Positions 35,384 to 38,565 of a stretch of 38,565 nt of DNA are shown piece after piece (the stretch's first letter is position 1; each line of letters starts with the position of its first letter). The notes under the pieces were generated by a model. It was not told the origin of the DNA, did not search any database, and saw only the letters and a list, made by a program, of their open reading frames with translations. This DNA comes from a virus (lineage: Duplodnaviria; Caudoviricetes), in IMG/VR virus record IMGVR_UViG_3300022200_000140, positions 1 to 38,565 of that record; one strand, written 5' to 3'. The position numbers were made by a program, and so were the translations under genes.

Positions 35384-36651
35384 TGGCAATGCCCTTCAGT
35401 GAAGACCCATATTCACCAGAGAACGCATTCGTTCCGCCTACATCCACTTCCAGGATAGTTCAATCAGCTTGGGATTCTGGGTTTGAGGATAGAGAAACCA
35501 ACATCATTGCTAAGATGCAAGCTAGGGAATCTCTGTCTAAAGTAGGGGAGAAAATTTCTCCTGCAAAACTAAATGAACAGTTTAAAGGGTTGAATGCTGA
35601 TAGAGAAATGACAGCACAAGAAGCCCAATTCGTATTTGATGGCAAAGAAGAAAAACGTAAAAGGGATGCTATTGTAGGCTCCGCCAGTGGTTTTTGGCAG
35701 GGAACTGCACTTCCTTTTGTTGTTGGTGCCGCAAGTTCTATGGCGGATCCAATAGGATTTGGTATAGGGGCCTTCACAGGATGGGGTTTAGGTAAAGTGG
35801 TTACTAAAGCCGCCGGAGGTGTTGCTCTAAAAGGGGCAAGTAAATTCGCTTTAGATGCAGTTGATAACACTATTGGTAACTCCGTAGCAGAAGGTTTGGT
35901 CTGGAAAGATAGGGAGGAAACCTTCGAAGAGTACACAACTAAAGATTTCCTTACGAATGCCGTAGGTGGAGCTGTCATAATGACAGGTGCTATCCACGGT
36001 GGGGCCAAAATTTTGAAATCGGCTGCAAAAGTCGGTGACAAATACTTAAGGAATACTCAACAAGTGGTGGATACCTTAATAGATAATGAAAAAAATCCTG
36101 ATGCCGTCGGCGAAATACTGAAGGTTATGGATAAAGCAATCACCCACACAGATGAATCAAATATAATTATTAAAGAATCCTTTGGTGACGAAGTAGAAGT
36201 AGGTGAAACACTTGTGGATACTGCGGCAAACATCAGGAAGGCCGTTGAAGAAGAGAGGATAAGTGAAACTGATGTGGAGGGTTACATCAGTCGAGTATTA
36301 GAATCTGATGTCGTGGATGATAGAGCTGTCGATTTAATTGACTCTGAATACTCCTTCACCCATACCGATGCTGAGTTAGCAGACTTTGATGCCAAAATGA
36401 ACGATAAAAGCTCCGACCTATCCTATGATAAGGACTCGGAAGAAATGGCCCAAACACTGGACGGATATGATCCTGAGAAGGTGAGAGCTGAACTAGATCA
36501 GGAAGTCGAAACTATCTTCCAAGAGAAGACTGGCGAGGACGGTACTCCTGTAGAGATGGATGCTGAAACTGTTAAGATAAAAGAAGAGATGGAGAGAGAT
36601 ACAGCTATCACAAAAATACAAGAAGAATACGCTAAATGTAGGGTAATATAA
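35383..36651 (+). CDS. Internal virion protein with Gly-rich hydrophobic segments and acidic C-terminus
   Basis: TAATG-coupled on both sides. Contains 'VGAASSMADPIGFGIGAFTGWG' membrane-like segments. Confidence 0.7.
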   Translation: MAMPFSEDPYSPENAFVPPTSTSRIVQSAWDSGFEDRETNIIAKMQARESLSKVGEKISPAKLNEQFKGLNADREMTAQEAQFVFDGKEEKRKRDAIVGSASGFWQGTALPFVVGAASSMADPIGFGIGAFTGWGLGKVVTKAAGGVALKGASKFALDAVDNTIGNSVAEGLVWKDREETFEEYTTKDFLTNAVGGAVIMTGAIHGGAKILKSAAKVGDKYLRNTQQVVDTLIDNEKNPDAVGEILKVMDKAITHTDESNIIIKESFGDEVEVGETLVDTAANIRKAVEEERISETDVEGYISRVLESDVVDDRAVDLIDSEYSFTHTDAELADFDAKMNDKSSDLSYDKDSEEMAQTLDGYDPEKVRAELDQEVETIFQEKTGEDGTPVEMDAETVKIKEEMERDTAITKIQEEYAKCRVI

Positions 36652-38565
36652 TGGCAAAGACTCATGAGGAATGTTCATTAATTGTTAAGGATACCTTAAA
36701 ACAATTTTTTGGTGAGAAAGACCTCGATAAAAAACTACTTAAGTTTGATGAATTAATACAAGATATTGTAACTAAGGCAGAAAGAGAAGGTGTCTCGCCT
36801 GAGATAGCTTTGTCCAACGCCACTAAGGATATGACCTTAAAGATTCGTCAAAAAGCTAGGCAAAATTATCTAAACCAAGAAGCATATAAAAGAGCAAGAA
36901 CTCAGGTAGATGAGTTCAAAGATAAAGATCTTTGGAGAGGAATACAATCCTTAATCGCTATTGAGGGTGGTCATAAGTACAAAGCTGAAACCGCCAGCAT
37001 TTACGGTAGGAGAGAAGCTTTACAGAATATCTCCATGGGGCTTTTAGTTCGTAACCTAGACAATGCTCAAATTAAGAAATTCGCTTCAGGTCAATATGAC
37101 TTAGAGATAAAAAAGATATTAGCTGGTGAAGTATCCGAAGCCGAGATGGGTAGGATGGATCCAGACTTAATCGCCATGGCCAACAACGCTAGAAAAATGC
37201 AAGACCATTTACATCAAGTAAAGAATCAAGCTGGTCTAGATGTTGGTTATCAAAAAAATAGAGTAGGGAAACAATTCCATAGTGGACCAGGTATGATCAG
37301 ATACGGTGAAACCAAATGGAAAGCCTTGGCCAGAGATCGTATGGATTTTGAAAAGATGGGCTTGAAGACTGAAGAAGATATTGTAAAACGATTGGATGAT
37401 ATCTGGACTAACAGGACTTCAAACACCGGACACAAGTTCATACAAGGCGTAAGCGATGATCTAGATGAGATCACGATACAATCCTCTACTAAAAATATGG
37501 GTGCTAGTAGGTCAGTACATTTCAAAGATGCTGAGTCCGCCCACATATACGATCAAGAAGTTAATGGGGGTCAAAGCCTTCTGACTTCTTTAATGATCGA
37601 AGTGGAGAGAGATTCTGGTAAAATATCTGCTGTTGAATCCCTTGGGCCAAACTTCTCTGCTAACTGGACTAAAATTATGTCTGAAGTGGAGATGACTGAT
37701 TACCGAAGAGCTAGTTTAGACAGCCAATTCAATAATACAGTTTACGGATCCAAAGGTAAGGGATCTGGATTTTGGTCTAATGTGGCAAATGTCCCTAAGA
37801 AAATAGCAAATATGACTATGTTAGGAGCAAAAACCTTGCTTTCAACTGGAACGGATATGGCATTTGGTCCTCACATATTGTCAGCCGATACTGGTAAAAA
37901 CATGCTTGAGTCGGTAGGAGCTAGTTTAAACTCTGTACTAAAAACTTTCCCTAATCAGAAACAAGCCGCTATCCAAGGATCAGTATTCCTACAAGATGTT
38001 TTGGACTCGACCTTCAACACCAACTTCCATGAGAACGGTTTAGTTACAAACTGGTTTGATAAGACTCATGATTTCTATATGAAGGCGACTGGTCTTCCTA
38101 TGCAATCAAGGTGGTTTAAGACAGCAAATGCAAACGCTTTTAACCACATAATGTTTAATAATAGAGGAACCGCTTTCGACGCCCTAGATACCGGGACTAA
38201 AAACCTGTTCGATAGGTATGGTATTGGTGCAGATGAGTGGTCAATTATAAGTAAAAGTGAGGGCGCTGAACTTCCAGACGGTAGGGGAGTTATAGATTCT
38301 TTAGAAATTCTAGACATGGATCTAGATAATTTTAGCGGATCTGCTACACAAAAGAAATTTAAAAGAAATGAGTTGGCCACAAACTACAATGCAATGCTTG
38401 TAGAGTTTGCTGAGTCTTCTTCACCTACACCAAACTCCCAAACTATGCATTGGGTGGAGCAATCTAACCCAAATACCCCATTAGGGGCAGCCGCTAGACT
38501 AGCGGGGCAATTCAAATCGTTCTCTTTTTCTATGGAGAAAACCTTAATGAGAATAAAGGGCGCTG
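36651..38565 (+). CDS. Large internal virion protein, 3'-truncated (absent from ORF track because it has no stop in the window)
   Basis: ATG 36651 (MAKTHEECSLIV...) overlaps the upstream TAA. The same frame reads R..HFKDA, RYGI...EW and GQFKSF near the window end. I did not check every codon between. Confidence 0.75.
   Translation, partial: MAKTHEECSLIVKDTLKQFFGEKDLDKKLLKFDELIQDIVTKAEREGVSPEIALSNATKDMTLKIRQKARQNYLNQEAYKRARTQVDEFKDKDLWRGIQSLIAIEGGHKYKAETASIYGRREALQNISMGLLVRNLDNAQIKKFASGQYDLEIKKILAGEVSEAEMGRMDPDLIAMANNARKMQDHLHQVKNQAGLDVGYQKNRVGKQFHSGPGMIRYGETKWKALARDRMDFEKMGLKTEEDIVKRLDDIWTNRTSNTGHKFIQGVSDDLDEITIQSSTKNMGASRSVHFKDAESAHIYDQEVNGGQSLLTSLMIEVERDSGKISAVESLGPNFSANWTKIMSEVEMTDYRRASLDSQFNNTVYGSKGKGSGFWSNVANVPKKIANMTMLGAKTLLSTGTDMAFGPHILSADTGKNMLESVGASLNSVLKTFPNQKQAAIQGSVFLQDVLDSTFNTNFHENGLVTNWFDKTHDFYMKATGLPMQSRWFKTANANAFNHIMFNNRGTAFDALDTGTKNLFDRYGIGADEWSIISKSEGAELPDGRGVIDSLEILDMDLDNFSGSATQKKFKRNELATNYNAMLVEFAESSSPTPNSQTMHWVEQSNPNTPLGAAARLAGQFKSFSFSMEKTLMRIKGA

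Overview
The window is most of the genome of a tailed dsDNA podovirus-type phage. It starts inside a tail-fibre gene and ends inside a large internal-virion (ejection) protein gene. Three blocks are visible. (1) 1-7047 (+): tail fibres and holin/spanin-like genes. (2) About 7174-21500, almost all (-): early and replication genes, including an SNF2 helicase, RecE/ExoVIII-like exonuclease, probable SSB, family A DNA polymerase, a primase-less SF3-type helicase, three NUMOD4-HNH homing endonucleases, a T7-lysozyme-like amidase, a metalloprotease, a Cro-like HTH and small secreted proteins. (3) 22354-38565 (+): TerS, TerL, portal, scaffold, major capsid, tail tubular A/B and ejection proteins. No integrase, RNA polymerase, tRNA, CRISPR array or reverse transcriptase is seen. 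The most striking observations are: (a) scaffold and major capsid share an N-terminal leader ending in (N/G)(E/Q)RG|SF that resembles a type IV/Flp prepilin leader; (b) a 1568-aa mosaic fibre and its partner carry Sec-type signal peptides; (c) a near-perfect bacterial parS site lies in a repeat-rich control region upstream of terS; (d) the PolA has a substituted steric-gate residue and is coupled to a helicase with no primase anywhere in the window. A Bdellovibrionota-like host is a weak inference only. All family assignments come from motif recognition by eye, not from database searches.
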